In this document: positions 39,025 through 48,337 of the stretch, piece after piece | How positions within the stretch are numbered: position 1 is the first letter of the stretch | Layout: each line of letters opens with the position of its first letter | Assembly (NCBI GenBank): GCA_017383445.1 | Contig: JAFNXQ010000020.1 | Coordinates: 35,561-99,560, forward strand | DNA from: Alistipes sp. | GTDB taxonomy: Bacteria > Bacteroidota > Bacteroidia > Bacteroidales > Rikenellaceae | Direction: 5' to 3' | Length of the DNA stretch: 64,000 nucleotides | Program-made: the position numbers and the translations under genes | Notes under the pieces: generated by a model | Database searches by the model: none | What the model was told of the DNA's origin: nothing | What the model saw: the letters and a program-made list of their open reading frames with translations, nothing else

Positions 39025-40847
39025 CTGATATACTCTCCCTTAATATTTACATCCAACTTATTGAATGGGTCGGCTTTGGCATCTATCACAACGGCACACT
39101 CCAGGCGTGTCAGTGTGCGTTGCGGATTGTAGTCGGTAAGACCCAGCTGCTCCCACTCACTCTCCGTAACCTCACCGCAGATTGCCGCAAGGTCGCTTAA
39201 TGCAACCTCCCTGTCACTCTCGATAATGGCGACACTCTCATCATAACCATTCCAGCCTCTGGTCAGCTCGGCCAGCGTGATAGGCTCGTTGATATAGAAC
39301 CACGTCTGATTCTCCCAGCCCACGGTCATTCCCTTGCCCTGCATAATGCCCGTAACGCCTATGCGTTGTAGGGCTGCAAAGTGTCGGCTGGTGGTCGGCA
39401 GGTCGAGCAGTGGCAACAGATAGCCGCCTCCGGCGAGTACCTCACGCTGCACCTCACGCACCTTCACCTCGCGTGGCTCGATGTCGAGCATAGCGGCCGT
39501 AGCGGCAATGATTCCCGCCGCCTCGCCAATCTGCATAACCACAGGTTGCAGGCGTGTAGAGCCATTTACTATGTTGCTCACCGAGATAGATTTCTCCGCT
39601 ACGATAAAGTTATCCACGCCCTGCGGCAGCAGCGTACCCATCGGCAGACCATACGACGGTATGGAGTGGAAGTAGAGGTTGGGAAGAGCCTCCCAGCCGG
39701 TATAGCGTGTGTGATGCTGATCTACGGGATAGTCGCCCACACCTATCGCTGTGCGATAGAGGGTGTAGTCGTAGGGATTGGTGATGTGTTGCAGGAGAAA
39801 ACGAACCTCGCCGTGTATGCGGCGCGACTCGCGATGATAGGGCATCAGCGGCATCAAATCCTCGGTCGGGAACTCATCATCAGCCAGGTAGTAGGTGTTG
39901 TAACCCAGCTCGTGCTGGATGAAGTAGAGGAATTTGAGTGTGTGAGCCTTGGCCGCTGCCACAGCCTCTGCCCTCTGCTGCTCGTTCATCTCAATCATAT
40001 TGACATAGAAGTCGTTACCCTCAATCGGCCAGTTAATCATAATCTTGCCTTTGGGCAGACGACCATAGCTCATCATCATACTCTTCGACCATACGCGGTT
40101 GGCCTCTTTTGGTGTCACGCACAGCTCATTGTCGCACGCACACGCAAAGATTGTCGGGTCGTAACCCTCGGGACACTGAATGGTCATATCCTTGCCGTAA
40201 TCCTTGAGAATCATAACCATTGTGAGGTCCTGAATTATGCCGTTGGCCTCATCGGGGGCAACATCCTCACCCGTGACGTGGCGGCTCTCCATACCCATAT
40301 CGTACTCCACACCCAGCATAGCTGCCACATCGCCCAGTTCGGTAGCGTCAATCAACATCTTCGCCTTGACCGAGAAAGTGCCCTGCGGCCCGTCAAGCGT
40401 GATGGTCCAGTGACCCTTCTCATCCTGTTCCAGGCCGTTCAGGCGGGTGTTGAACTCCACCGTCAGCGACTCCTCGCCGCGAGCCATAGCAGCGAAGATT
40501 TCGGCTCCTACGCTTGGCTCAAACAGCAGATTGCTTACCCAGCCCGTTTTCAGAGCCTCGGCACCGCCATAGCGAGCTTCCAGGCTGTCACGCAACTCGC
40601 CCCACAGACCGCCACGCAGGCGATAGTTGCCGTCGGTAGCACTCACGCCTGCCGAGGTGAGCATACCACCCAGCCAGGGGCCCTCTTCGACTATGAGGGT
40701 CGTAGCACCCATGCGTGCTGAACGTATGCCGGCCGTAGTACCACTCACGCCGCCACCTATCACTACAACATCATACTCCTTAGCGGAGCAAGCTAACAAA
40801 ACCACCGTAGCAAGGAGTGCTACGGTGTATTTAATAATCATTCTCAT
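39021..40847 (-). CDS. FAD-dependent oxidoreductase lipoprotein (FAD_oxidored-like family)
   Basis: Lipobox LLAC, VVVIGGGVSG, LGGMLTSAGVS, IDATELGD, GMES, YHRESRR, STRLQP..MQIGEAAG. Confidence 0.85.
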   Translation of the reverse strand: MRMIIKYTVALLATVVLLACSAKEYDVVVIGGGVSGTTAGIRSARMGATTLIVEEGPWLGGMLTSAGVSATDGNYRLRGGLWGELRDSLEARYGGAEALKTGWVSNLLFEPSVGAEIFAAMARGEESLTVEFNTRLNGLEQDEKGHWTITLDGPQGTFSVKAKMLIDATELGDVAAMLGVEYDMGMESRHVTGEDVAPDEANGIIQDLTMVMILKDYGKDMTIQCPEGYDPTIFACACDNELCVTPKEANRVWSKSMMMSYGRLPKGKIMINWPIEGNDFYVNMIEMNEQQRAEAVAAAKAHTLKFLYFIQHELGYNTYYLADDEFPTEDLMPLMPYHRESRRIHGEVRFLLQHITNPYDYTLYRTAIGVGDYPVDQHHTRYTGWEALPNLYFHSIPSYGLPMGTLLPQGVDNFIVAEKSISVSNIVNGSTRLQPVVMQIGEAAGIIAATAAMLDIEPREVKVREVQREVLAGGGYLLPLLDLPTTSRHFAALQRIGVTGIMQGKGMTVGWENQTWFYINEPITLAELTRGWNGYDESVAIIESDREVALSDLAAICGEVTESEWEQLGLTDYNPQRTLTRLECAVVIDAKADPFNKLDVNIKGEYIR

Positions 40848-40854
40848 AGGAAAA

Positions 40855-42279
40855 CTACTCTAAACTTATTGTCTGACTATACTTGTTGCCGAAGCTGTCC
40901 GTAGCCGTTACCGTAGCCGATATCGCCTTCTTGGGTATATCCACGCGGTAGAAGTGGTCACCCTCGGTAGGATAGACGTAGGAGTGGTCCATACCCTTGT
41001 TCGATGAGTACAACTTCTTTGCTAAGGGATCGAGTGATGAGAATCTCGTCATCTTCACAGGTGCAGCACCGTCAAACGAAGCCTCCACAACCCAGTTATC
41101 GTCGCAAGCCCATACGTTTGCAACCAGATCGCCTCTGAACTTCGAGTAATCCTTGCCTGTGTAGAGTATCATCTGATAGTTGTCAGCGTGGCCGGTAGAT
41201 TTGTATATCCACTTAACCTTGTCGCCCTTCACCTCAAAGATACCATAGCCTCGCGGTGTGCCGTCGGTACAGAGCGGGCCCTGCCACCAGGCACCACTCA
41301 ACGCCGGAATGACGTGCTCGTAGAGGTTGTCAGAGATAATCTGATTGCTTGTGGTGTGGGTGTGTCCCGAGAGGATGTGGGCTTTGTAGGGCTCCAGCAT
41401 CTTATGCAATGCCTTGGCATTGGTCATCACGCCTGCGATGTTGTCATACTTGAACTGCTCGCGGTCACTCTTGCTGCAAGTGGTGGGGATGTGAAGCGTC
41501 ACCACCACGGTAGAGCCCTCCTCTACATAGCTCAAATCCTTCTCCAGCCAGGCCATCTGCTTCTCATCGAGGTAGCCGATGTAGAAGTAGTCACGACCGA
41601 TGTAGAAGTTGTCGTTAAGCATCACATAATGCACCTTACCCACGTTGAATGAGTAGTATGTCGGGCCAAAGGTCTCCTCCCAAAGACGTGTCGATGTCTC
41701 GTGGGTGCGGCCATACGGTGTCATATCGTGGTTTCCGGGTGTGCTGAAGAATGTGAGCTCCGACTCGGCAGCAATAGCGTTGTACTGCTCGTAGAATGAG
41801 TGGTCGTACGATATAACATCGCCACAGCAGATGCCGTGGAACGGAATCTTGTAACCCTTCACACTCTTGCGAATGTCGTTCATGCCCTCTTGCAGTGCGG
41901 GGAACTCCTTCTTATGCCAGATTTGTGGGTCGGCAATCACGACAAAGCCGTGATGAGTGTCGTCCTGCTCCTTCTTTATCAGTGTAAAGTCGTAGTCGTT
42001 GCCACCCTTGACCTTGTGCCAGAACATAGGTACGCTGTTCTTTGACTTAACGGTATAACCCGCAGGGATGGTGATATATACCAACCCTTTATCCTCTTCT
42101 GATTCGAGCTTGTAATGGCCCTTGTCGTCGGTTGTTGTGAAGTTCTCGCCATCGGTTACGATCACATTGGCAACGCCGACCTCGTCACAGAGAACCTTAC
42201 CCTTCAAAACCCGCTTCTCGGCGGCAAACATATTCAATGAGAGAGCTACCGACAAGATTAATAATATGTATCGTTTCAT
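40855..42279 (-). CDS. Secreted calcineurin-like metallophosphoesterase
   Basis: ADPQ, GD, GNHD, HIP, GHTH and W...LCTDGTPRGY motifs, with an N-terminal VTDG domain. Confidence 0.88.
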   Translation of the reverse strand: MKRYILLILSVALSLNMFAAEKRVLKGKVLCDEVGVANVIVTDGENFTTTDDKGHYKLESEEDKGLVYITIPAGYTVKSKNSVPMFWHKVKGGNDYDFTLIKKEQDDTHHGFVVIADPQIWHKKEFPALQEGMNDIRKSVKGYKIPFHGICCGDVISYDHSFYEQYNAIAAESELTFFSTPGNHDMTPYGRTHETSTRLWEETFGPTYYSFNVGKVHYVMLNDNFYIGRDYFYIGYLDEKQMAWLEKDLSYVEEGSTVVVTLHIPTTCSKSDREQFKYDNIAGVMTNAKALHKMLEPYKAHILSGHTHTTSNQIISDNLYEHVIPALSGAWWQGPLCTDGTPRGYGIFEVKGDKVKWIYKSTGHADNYQMILYTGKDYSKFRGDLVANVWACDDNWVVEASFDGAAPVKMTRFSSLDPLAKKLYSSNKGMDHSYVYPTEGDHFYRVDIPKKAISATVTATDSFGNKYSQTISLE

Positions 42280-42283
42280 AGTG

Positions 42284-43462
42284 TTATTTCTCCATTTTCG
42301 CTTTCAACTCTTTCAGCAGGCCCTCGCACTTGTAAAGGCCGCGAGGAACGTGGAAGCAACCCTTCCACTTGCCACCTTTGAGAGGCAGCAACACCTCGCC
42401 ACGACGATTCAGGTAGCCATACCACTCGGCATACTCCTCATCGCGGAAGTGCGACCAGGTGTAGTCGTGCAACTTCTCAAACCACTCCTTGCAACGCTGG
42501 TCACCTGTGAGCAGGTAGCCCTCCAGCATAGCGATAGTCGATTCGATATGTACCCACCAGAGCTTCTGGTCCCACTCCAACTGCTGTGGGGGATAGCCCT
42601 TGCGATCCATAAAGTAGAATATGCCGCCAAACTCCTTGTCCCAGCCGAAATCCAGCGTGTTGAGGCCAATCTCAACAGCCTTCTTTGCGAGAGCCTCGTC
42701 GTTGCGACGACGAGCCAGATCCATCAGGAACCATGTTGTCTCCAAGGTGTGACCCGGATTGATAAGACGACCATCGAAAGTGTCACTCAGCGTGCCGTCG
42801 GCGTTCATATGCTCGACAACCAGACCCAACTCCGGACGATAGAACTTATCCATAACATCCGACAACACCAACTCAATAGACTTCTCAACCTGCTCGGGCT
42901 CAATCAGATGCTCAATCTCCAACAGCAGATTACACATAATCATCGAGGGCGAGAGAGCTCGCAAGTCGCGTGAGCCGGGGCAAGCCTTGCTCCAACGGCC
43001 CTTGGGGTTGTCCCAGCGTTCGAGAATGTGGTTGAACGTGCGACGAGTAACCTCTGCATAGCGTTCGTCGCCCGTAGCCTTGTGCAGCTGTGCAAAAGCC
43101 ATAGCGGCAAAGGTGTATGAGAAGATGTTGTAGGGCTCAACCAGCGGCTTACCCTCGCGCGTGATGGCGAAATACCAGTTATAGTCGCCGTCGTGGCCAT
43201 ATTTCAGCATAAACTCGGCTCCCTGACGGGCACACTCCAGCCACTCCTCGCGGATACCCTCCTTGTTGCAGAGCATCGAGAAGAACCACACCTGTCGGCC
43301 TTGCAGCCACATAAACTTATCAGTATCGAAGACCTCTCCATCTCTGTTCAGACAGGTGAAGAAACCACCGAACTCCTTATCCTGTGACTTATCCAGCCAG
43401 AAAGGAATAACTCTGTCGTAGAGCTCGTCGTGGTATTGTTTAATTAAAGCATCAATATTCAT
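42284..43462 (-). CDS. N-acylglucosamine 2-epimerase (AGE/NanE family), cytoplasmic
   Basis: GGFFTCL.RDG, KFMWLQGRQ, NPGH..E, QLEWDQKLWWVH.E, EWYGYL, GKWKGCFHVPR. Confidence 0.93.
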   Translation of the reverse strand: MNIDALIKQYHDELYDRVIPFWLDKSQDKEFGGFFTCLNRDGEVFDTDKFMWLQGRQVWFFSMLCNKEGIREEWLECARQGAEFMLKYGHDGDYNWYFAITREGKPLVEPYNIFSYTFAAMAFAQLHKATGDERYAEVTRRTFNHILERWDNPKGRWSKACPGSRDLRALSPSMIMCNLLLEIEHLIEPEQVEKSIELVLSDVMDKFYRPELGLVVEHMNADGTLSDTFDGRLINPGHTLETTWFLMDLARRRNDEALAKKAVEIGLNTLDFGWDKEFGGIFYFMDRKGYPPQQLEWDQKLWWVHIESTIAMLEGYLLTGDQRCKEWFEKLHDYTWSHFRDEEYAEWYGYLNRRGEVLLPLKGGKWKGCFHVPRGLYKCEGLLKELKAKMEK

Positions 43463-43520
43463 TGTATATTGGTTTTAGATTTTTTTCAGTTTATAAAAGT
43501 CAGGCTCTCGCCCCGTCATC

Positions 43521-44459
43521 TTACAGCTTCTCGCCAAGGAAATACTCGCGGTAGCGGTCAAAGAGATGATGTGCCGACGTGTAACTTGACTGCGGCGAGA
43601 GGAAGTGCGAGAACTCGAAGGTGATAGCCTTGTCGTAACCGGCACGAGCCGCCGCCTCCAACTTCATACGCAACTTCTCGAACTTAATGGGCAGGAACTT
43701 GATGGGCATATCTCGGTCGAAGGTCTCGGCATTGGTCCAGCACTCCAAACCGTAGCGGTCGGCCAGACGCTTGTTCACCTCAAAGAAGGCATCCAGCTCG
43801 TCGTAGTCGATGTGTCCATCCTGAAAGGCTACGGCATCTACCGCACCGTGAATACCGGCGAATATCTCGTCCCACTCTCTCTCGTGGTCGGCAACCGACA
43901 CGGCATCCTCCTTGCTCAAAGTTGCCGAGGCAGCCATCACCGCCTTCTTGCCGTCAATCCAGGGAGAGATAAGCGTGGGCAGACCCCCCGACACAGCCTT
44001 GCAATGCTCGCCCTGCTCGCGGAAGGCCTCGATGACACCCTTCGTGCGACGACTAATCTCGCCACTCAGGTACCAGCCTCCGAATGATGGGTGGTGCTGA
44101 CCATAGTTCTCCCACACCTCGTCGATGACGAAGCGGTTGTATTCGGTCTCCTTCGACATATCGCCCGTATCCCAATAGTGGCCCGAATCATATAGTCCGA
44201 AGTAGAACTTCATACCATACTTGTCGGCCAGACGCAGGAACATATCCAGCAAATCGTGCGATGGGGCATAGCAGCCCTTGCCGATAAGGTATTTCGAGGG
44301 ATATGTGATAAACTTGCGATATCCCGAACGTATCATTATGACGGTGTCAATACCGATAGAACGCATATTTGCGAAGTCGGCATCCCACTCCTTCTCACCC
44401 CAGTTCTGGTGCGGAATGTCGTGGCTTATTTCATCGAGAAATGTTCCGGTAATCTTCAT
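43521..44459 (-). CDS. DUF4434-like putative glycoside hydrolase (TIM barrel), no signal peptide
   Basis: ITGTFLDEISHDIPHQNWG, FGGWYLSGE, AFQDG, W.NAETF, ITFEFSHF. Confidence 0.75.
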   Translation of the reverse strand: MKITGTFLDEISHDIPHQNWGEKEWDADFANMRSIGIDTVIMIRSGYRKFITYPSKYLIGKGCYAPSHDLLDMFLRLADKYGMKFYFGLYDSGHYWDTGDMSKETEYNRFVIDEVWENYGQHHPSFGGWYLSGEISRRTKGVIEAFREQGEHCKAVSGGLPTLISPWIDGKKAVMAASATLSKEDAVSVADHEREWDEIFAGIHGAVDAVAFQDGHIDYDELDAFFEVNKRLADRYGLECWTNAETFDRDMPIKFLPIKFEKLRMKLEAAARAGYDKAITFEFSHFLSPQSSYTSAHHLFDRYREYFLGEKL

Positions 44460-44472
44460 ATACCAAGTTGTT

Positions 44473-45879
44473 TTACGATTTCCAATAATAGTTTTTGCGG
44501 GTAAGCGGATATGTTACCGCTATTACCAGCAGAGCAAACAGCACACCTCGGGCAAAACCCAGCCACGGAGCCTCTGAACAAAACTCATTCAGCGGTTTGA
44601 TAAGGCCGAGCAGTGTCAGCAGCGGTGTGATAAGGTATCCCGCAGCCACATAGGCGAACATGGGATTTGCTCCACACGCCTCCAACGCCTTGAAACGGGT
44701 GTTGAAACGTATCTCCATAATGAGTGCTGCAAGCAGGACCATTGCGGCCATTGCCGAGGTGGTGAAGAAATATCCTATTGTCGCAGGGTCCTTCTTTATT
44801 CCGCCCTCCATAGGCTCTGCTATAAGACCTATGAGCAGCATAGCCACCGCAGCGGCATATATCTCGCGATAGAGTTTAGTGTCGTTTCCCTTGACCCTGT
44901 TGAGCAGTATCCACGTCGCAGCAACAAGCACAACCGTCAGGATGACGCAGATGCCCACCTCGCGGACAAACAAACCCCACATCAGCACCACGATAGTTGC
45001 CACGATAGCGATTACGATGCCTGCCAGCACCCACCTTTGCGGCTTGTCGCTGCCCTCGGCCGAGAGCTGACCGGCGGCGGTTGTACGCTGAATGCTGTCG
45101 CCGATGATACTACCGGCAAGTACTATGCAGAGATACTTCAAAAACTCAAAGCGGAAGAGCCACGCCGCAGGCGATTGCTGCCACAACCACTCGCACCACG
45201 AACCCTTGACTTCGGACGCTAACTTCAATACGGCGAAGGCGGCGATAATGATGATGCGGGCGGTCAGCGAATTACGTGTAGCCCACCACAACAATGTGCC
45301 GAACAGAGCCACATTGGCGAGAATGAGTATGATGATGTTATTTACCGAAAGACTCACCCCGACACCAAAAAGTGGCTTGTAGAGCATAGTGAGGACTATG
45401 AGCAGGATAAATCCGCCCCAGTTGAGTATGGTGTTCTTGCCCCTCTCCATGTTGGGGAAGCGTATGAACATTGCAAAGAAGAGCAGCCATACGCATAGTG
45501 TTGCAAGAGCCGCAACCCACGAAGCCGTACCCTTGATGAGATACATACCCGTATTTCCCAGTATGATGGCGAAGGCCGCCAACCACACAAAACGATGTAT
45601 GGCACTCTTGCATACAGCTCCCCAGCCTGCTCCCTGTGCCTCTCTGCGACGCAGTGCCAGAGGCATAGATGCTCCCATCGAGAAGAGGAAGAAGGGGAAG
45701 ACCAGATCGACCCATGTGATACCCGGCACTTCGGGGTTAAACCGGAATGTGGGCGGTGGCAGCTGTGCGTGAAACATCGCAGCGGGGAGCCCGGCATCCC
45801 ACAGCATACTGCCCGAGGCAACCATACCCACGATTGCCAAAGCTCTCAACAAATCTATCGCCGCTACACGTTTCATCAT
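44473..45879 (-). CDS. DUF5009 / HGSNAT(NagX)-like transmembrane acyltransferase
   Basis: R...IDLLR.L....M, FHAQ, GITWVDLVFPFFLF.MG, GGIKKDPAT, G.NPM.AY; many TM helices. Confidence 0.78.
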   Translation of the reverse strand: MMKRVAAIDLLRALAIVGMVASGSMLWDAGLPAAMFHAQLPPPTFRFNPEVPGITWVDLVFPFFLFSMGASMPLALRRREAQGAGWGAVCKSAIHRFVWLAAFAIILGNTGMYLIKGTASWVAALATLCVWLLFFAMFIRFPNMERGKNTILNWGGFILLIVLTMLYKPLFGVGVSLSVNNIIILILANVALFGTLLWWATRNSLTARIIIIAAFAVLKLASEVKGSWCEWLWQQSPAAWLFRFEFLKYLCIVLAGSIIGDSIQRTTAAGQLSAEGSDKPQRWVLAGIVIAIVATIVVLMWGLFVREVGICVILTVVLVAATWILLNRVKGNDTKLYREIYAAAVAMLLIGLIAEPMEGGIKKDPATIGYFFTTSAMAAMVLLAALIMEIRFNTRFKALEACGANPMFAYVAAGYLITPLLTLLGLIKPLNEFCSEAPWLGFARGVLFALLVIAVTYPLTRKNYYWKS

Positions 45880-45897
45880 CTGCTGCTTATTCTGTTT

Positions 45898-46566
45898 CTA
45901 TTTGCGAATGTATCTCTTCTCCTTGAGATGCTTCACCCAAAGCATATATGCCTCGGGGTGGATGTGGATACCATCCTTGGTGAGCTCCTTACGCAACTCG
46001 CCCTGCTCGTTGTGCATTACGGGGCGTAAATCGACCCACACAACCTGCTTCTCGCGACACATCTGCTCCAGCTTGTCGTTCAGCTCGGCCATCTTCGACT
46101 GTTTGTTTTTGATATAGTCGTAGGCTAGCACGTCGTTGTTGGGTGTAATCACACTCTGAATGTAAAGCTCACACTGCGGAACACGCTGCTTGATCATATC
46201 GACCATAGCAACAATATTGGCAAAGATATCCTCCACAGCATAGTTTGCCGAGATATCATTCACACCACCCATAAAGAAAATCTTGCTGGGCTCCGCATCA
46301 AGATAGAGGGGCAGGCGGTGCAACATACCATAGGTATTATCGCCGCCGATGCCTCGGTTTACAATATTCTTCTCCTTGCTCAAAAAACTCCACCAGCCCT
46401 GCTCGGTGAGGCTATCACCTATCCAGATGATAGCTCCGTGAGGGATCGGCTCCTCCTGGTGGGCAGCCATACGACAATCGTAATAGCTGCCACCAAACTT
46501 TGCTTTCTGTGCCATAGTGGGTATTATAATCATTAAGGCCAAAGCCAGCAAAAGCAATCTTTTCAT
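45898..46566 (-). CDS. Secreted SGNH/GDSL esterase (start at ATG 46566)
   Basis: GDSLTE, NRGIGGD, GVND and DGIH blocks. Confidence 0.88.
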   Translation of the reverse strand: MKRLLLLALALMIIIPTMAQKAKFGGSYYDCRMAAHQEEPIPHGAIIWIGDSLTEQGWWSFLSKEKNIVNRGIGGDNTYGMLHRLPLYLDAEPSKIFFMGGVNDISANYAVEDIFANIVAMVDMIKQRVPQCELYIQSVITPNNDVLAYDYIKNKQSKMAELNDKLEQMCREKQVVWVDLRPVMHNEQGELRKELTKDGIHIHPEAYMLWVKHLKEKRYIRK

Positions 46567-46586
46567 TGTTCTGATATGTTTATGTT

Positions 46587-48266
46587 TTACTCCAAAGACT
46601 CCTTCACCTCGTCGATACCTGCCTTGGCGTACTGCCACAGATCACCCTTCTTGAGGTGAATCATATCGAAGAGGAAGTAACCGTCACAAGCGTCATAGCA
46701 AGCCTTTACAGAGTTGGTGATTGCCTGATACTCCTGATCGTCGGTATATTTGTCCGAAGCGTCCCAGTTACCTACATCGGGGCCACCGCACACCAGAGGA
46801 CAGTCGTCGTTGGTATATTTCATAGCCAGCTGGCAGAAGCCCTGCATGGTCCACTCCGACGAGCCATATACGCCGCCCGGAGAGGCGTAAGCACCAATGA
46901 GCATGTGGTCCATAATATCGGCATAACCGAAGTTCTTGTACTCGGCTGTTGCCCAGCGTGGGAATGCTGTGCCTGTGTTGAAGTTGGGACTTGCCCAGTT
47001 CACACCAACATCGTAGTATGTGCTGTACCAGCCACCCACATATACACCGAACTTAATCGTGCTGTTAACCTCGCGTACAGCCTCCTTTGCCTTGGTCATA
47101 AAGTCGTGAATGGTCTTGGCACGGAACTCCAGCCACTTCTTCAGGTGCTTATGCTCGTAAGGCATATCGGCGTTGATAGTGCCTGTGAAGCCTGCGGGCA
47201 ATACATCGGCATTGAAATCAACCTTCTCGCCTACATACTCCTCGAACTGCTCCTTTGTAAGGTCAGAGAAGTCACTCAACATAGAGTTGTAGCGACCACG
47301 GTCAAGGATGATACCGTCAAGGTCCTCGTAAGCGGCCAAATCTCTCAACAGGTTGCAGATATACTCCTGTACCTCGGGGTGTGAGGGGTTGAAGAAATAG
47401 GTAGTCTCGCTGCTGTCGAGTGTATTTACAAAGCCCGATTTGGTGTTGAGTACCGTAGCCCACTCCTTCTTGCTGCTGTCGCGTACAAGAACGCCCTGTG
47501 AGCCGAGGTTTGACTTGTTACCACCGACCATAGTGTTGAAGCCTGCGTGTATGCGAAGACCCAGCTCGTGGCCAATCTCGATAAATGCAGCCAGATAATC
47601 CCAGTCGGCAGTGCGGTTAATCTTACCGTAACCACCCGGCAACCAGGCACCCAGCCACTTCACTTGATCGCAGTGGCTTGACTGGTAGAGGATGTCGCCG
47701 TTTGTGGGGCGAACATCGACAACGATGTCGGTAAAGCCGGTCTGCTTTGCAAGTGTGAGGTCGCGGCGGATGTTATCCTTGCTGTTTGCGAAGTCGGGGA
47801 AGTTGGCGGCAGCATCAACCCAGATATACATAGGATTGGTCAGCGGGCCCTCCGGAACGGGAGGTGCGGGAGCTACATCTGTCGTCATCTTGATAGCACT
47901 CACCGATGAACGGTCACCACTGCGAACCGCAGCGTAGATGTTGTAAGAGGTCTCCTCCCAGAGCTCCTCGATACGATAGGTCTTGCTCTCGGTAGCCTCC
48001 ACCTGCACACCCTGTGCAAGCACCTCGGCAGCCGATAGCTGTACGTCGTCATCGTTGGTCTCGATGCAGAGGTAGGCACACTCTGTCGCATTCTTGGGTG
48101 TGATGGTGAACTCCAAAGCATACGCCTCGGCCTTCACAGCATCAATCTTCACTTCGGGCAACGCCTCCACGTCGGGACGTGCCGGGAAGTCGTAAGTAGG
48201 ATTACTCTCGTTGTCGCAGCCAATCAGAGCAGCTGCCAAACCAATACAAAATAGAAACTTTTTCAT
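46587..48266 (-). CDS. Lipoprotein with FN3-like N-terminal domain and GHL10 (DUF187)-like glycoside hydrolase domain
   Basis: Lipobox LIGC, YIWVDAAANF, TDIVVDVRP, FFNPSHPEVQ, DGIILDR.RY, WYSTYY.VGVNWAS. Confidence 0.75.
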   Translation of the reverse strand: MKKFLFCIGLAAALIGCDNESNPTYDFPARPDVEALPEVKIDAVKAEAYALEFTITPKNATECAYLCIETNDDDVQLSAAEVLAQGVQVEATESKTYRIEELWEETSYNIYAAVRSGDRSSVSAIKMTTDVAPAPPVPEGPLTNPMYIWVDAAANFPDFANSKDNIRRDLTLAKQTGFTDIVVDVRPTNGDILYQSSHCDQVKWLGAWLPGGYGKINRTADWDYLAAFIEIGHELGLRIHAGFNTMVGGNKSNLGSQGVLVRDSSKKEWATVLNTKSGFVNTLDSSETTYFFNPSHPEVQEYICNLLRDLAAYEDLDGIILDRGRYNSMLSDFSDLTKEQFEEYVGEKVDFNADVLPAGFTGTINADMPYEHKHLKKWLEFRAKTIHDFMTKAKEAVREVNSTIKFGVYVGGWYSTYYDVGVNWASPNFNTGTAFPRWATAEYKNFGYADIMDHMLIGAYASPGGVYGSSEWTMQGFCQLAMKYTNDDCPLVCGGPDVGNWDASDKYTDDQEYQAITNSVKACYDACDGYFLFDMIHLKKGDLWQYAKAGIDEVKESLE

Positions 48267-48296
48267 TGTTTAATATGTTAATTATCATTGTTTTGT

Positions 48297-48326
48297 ACCC
48301 ATAGCCCCGATCAAGAGGCTATGGGT
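48297..48326. other. Intra-operon stem-loop (mRNA stabiliser or weak terminator)
   Basis: ACCCATAGCC...GGCTATGGGT. There is no U run on the transcribed minus strand. It separates the transport/binding genes from the downstream enzyme genes. Confidence 0.6.
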
Positions 48327-48337
48327 TTTATAGGGTC

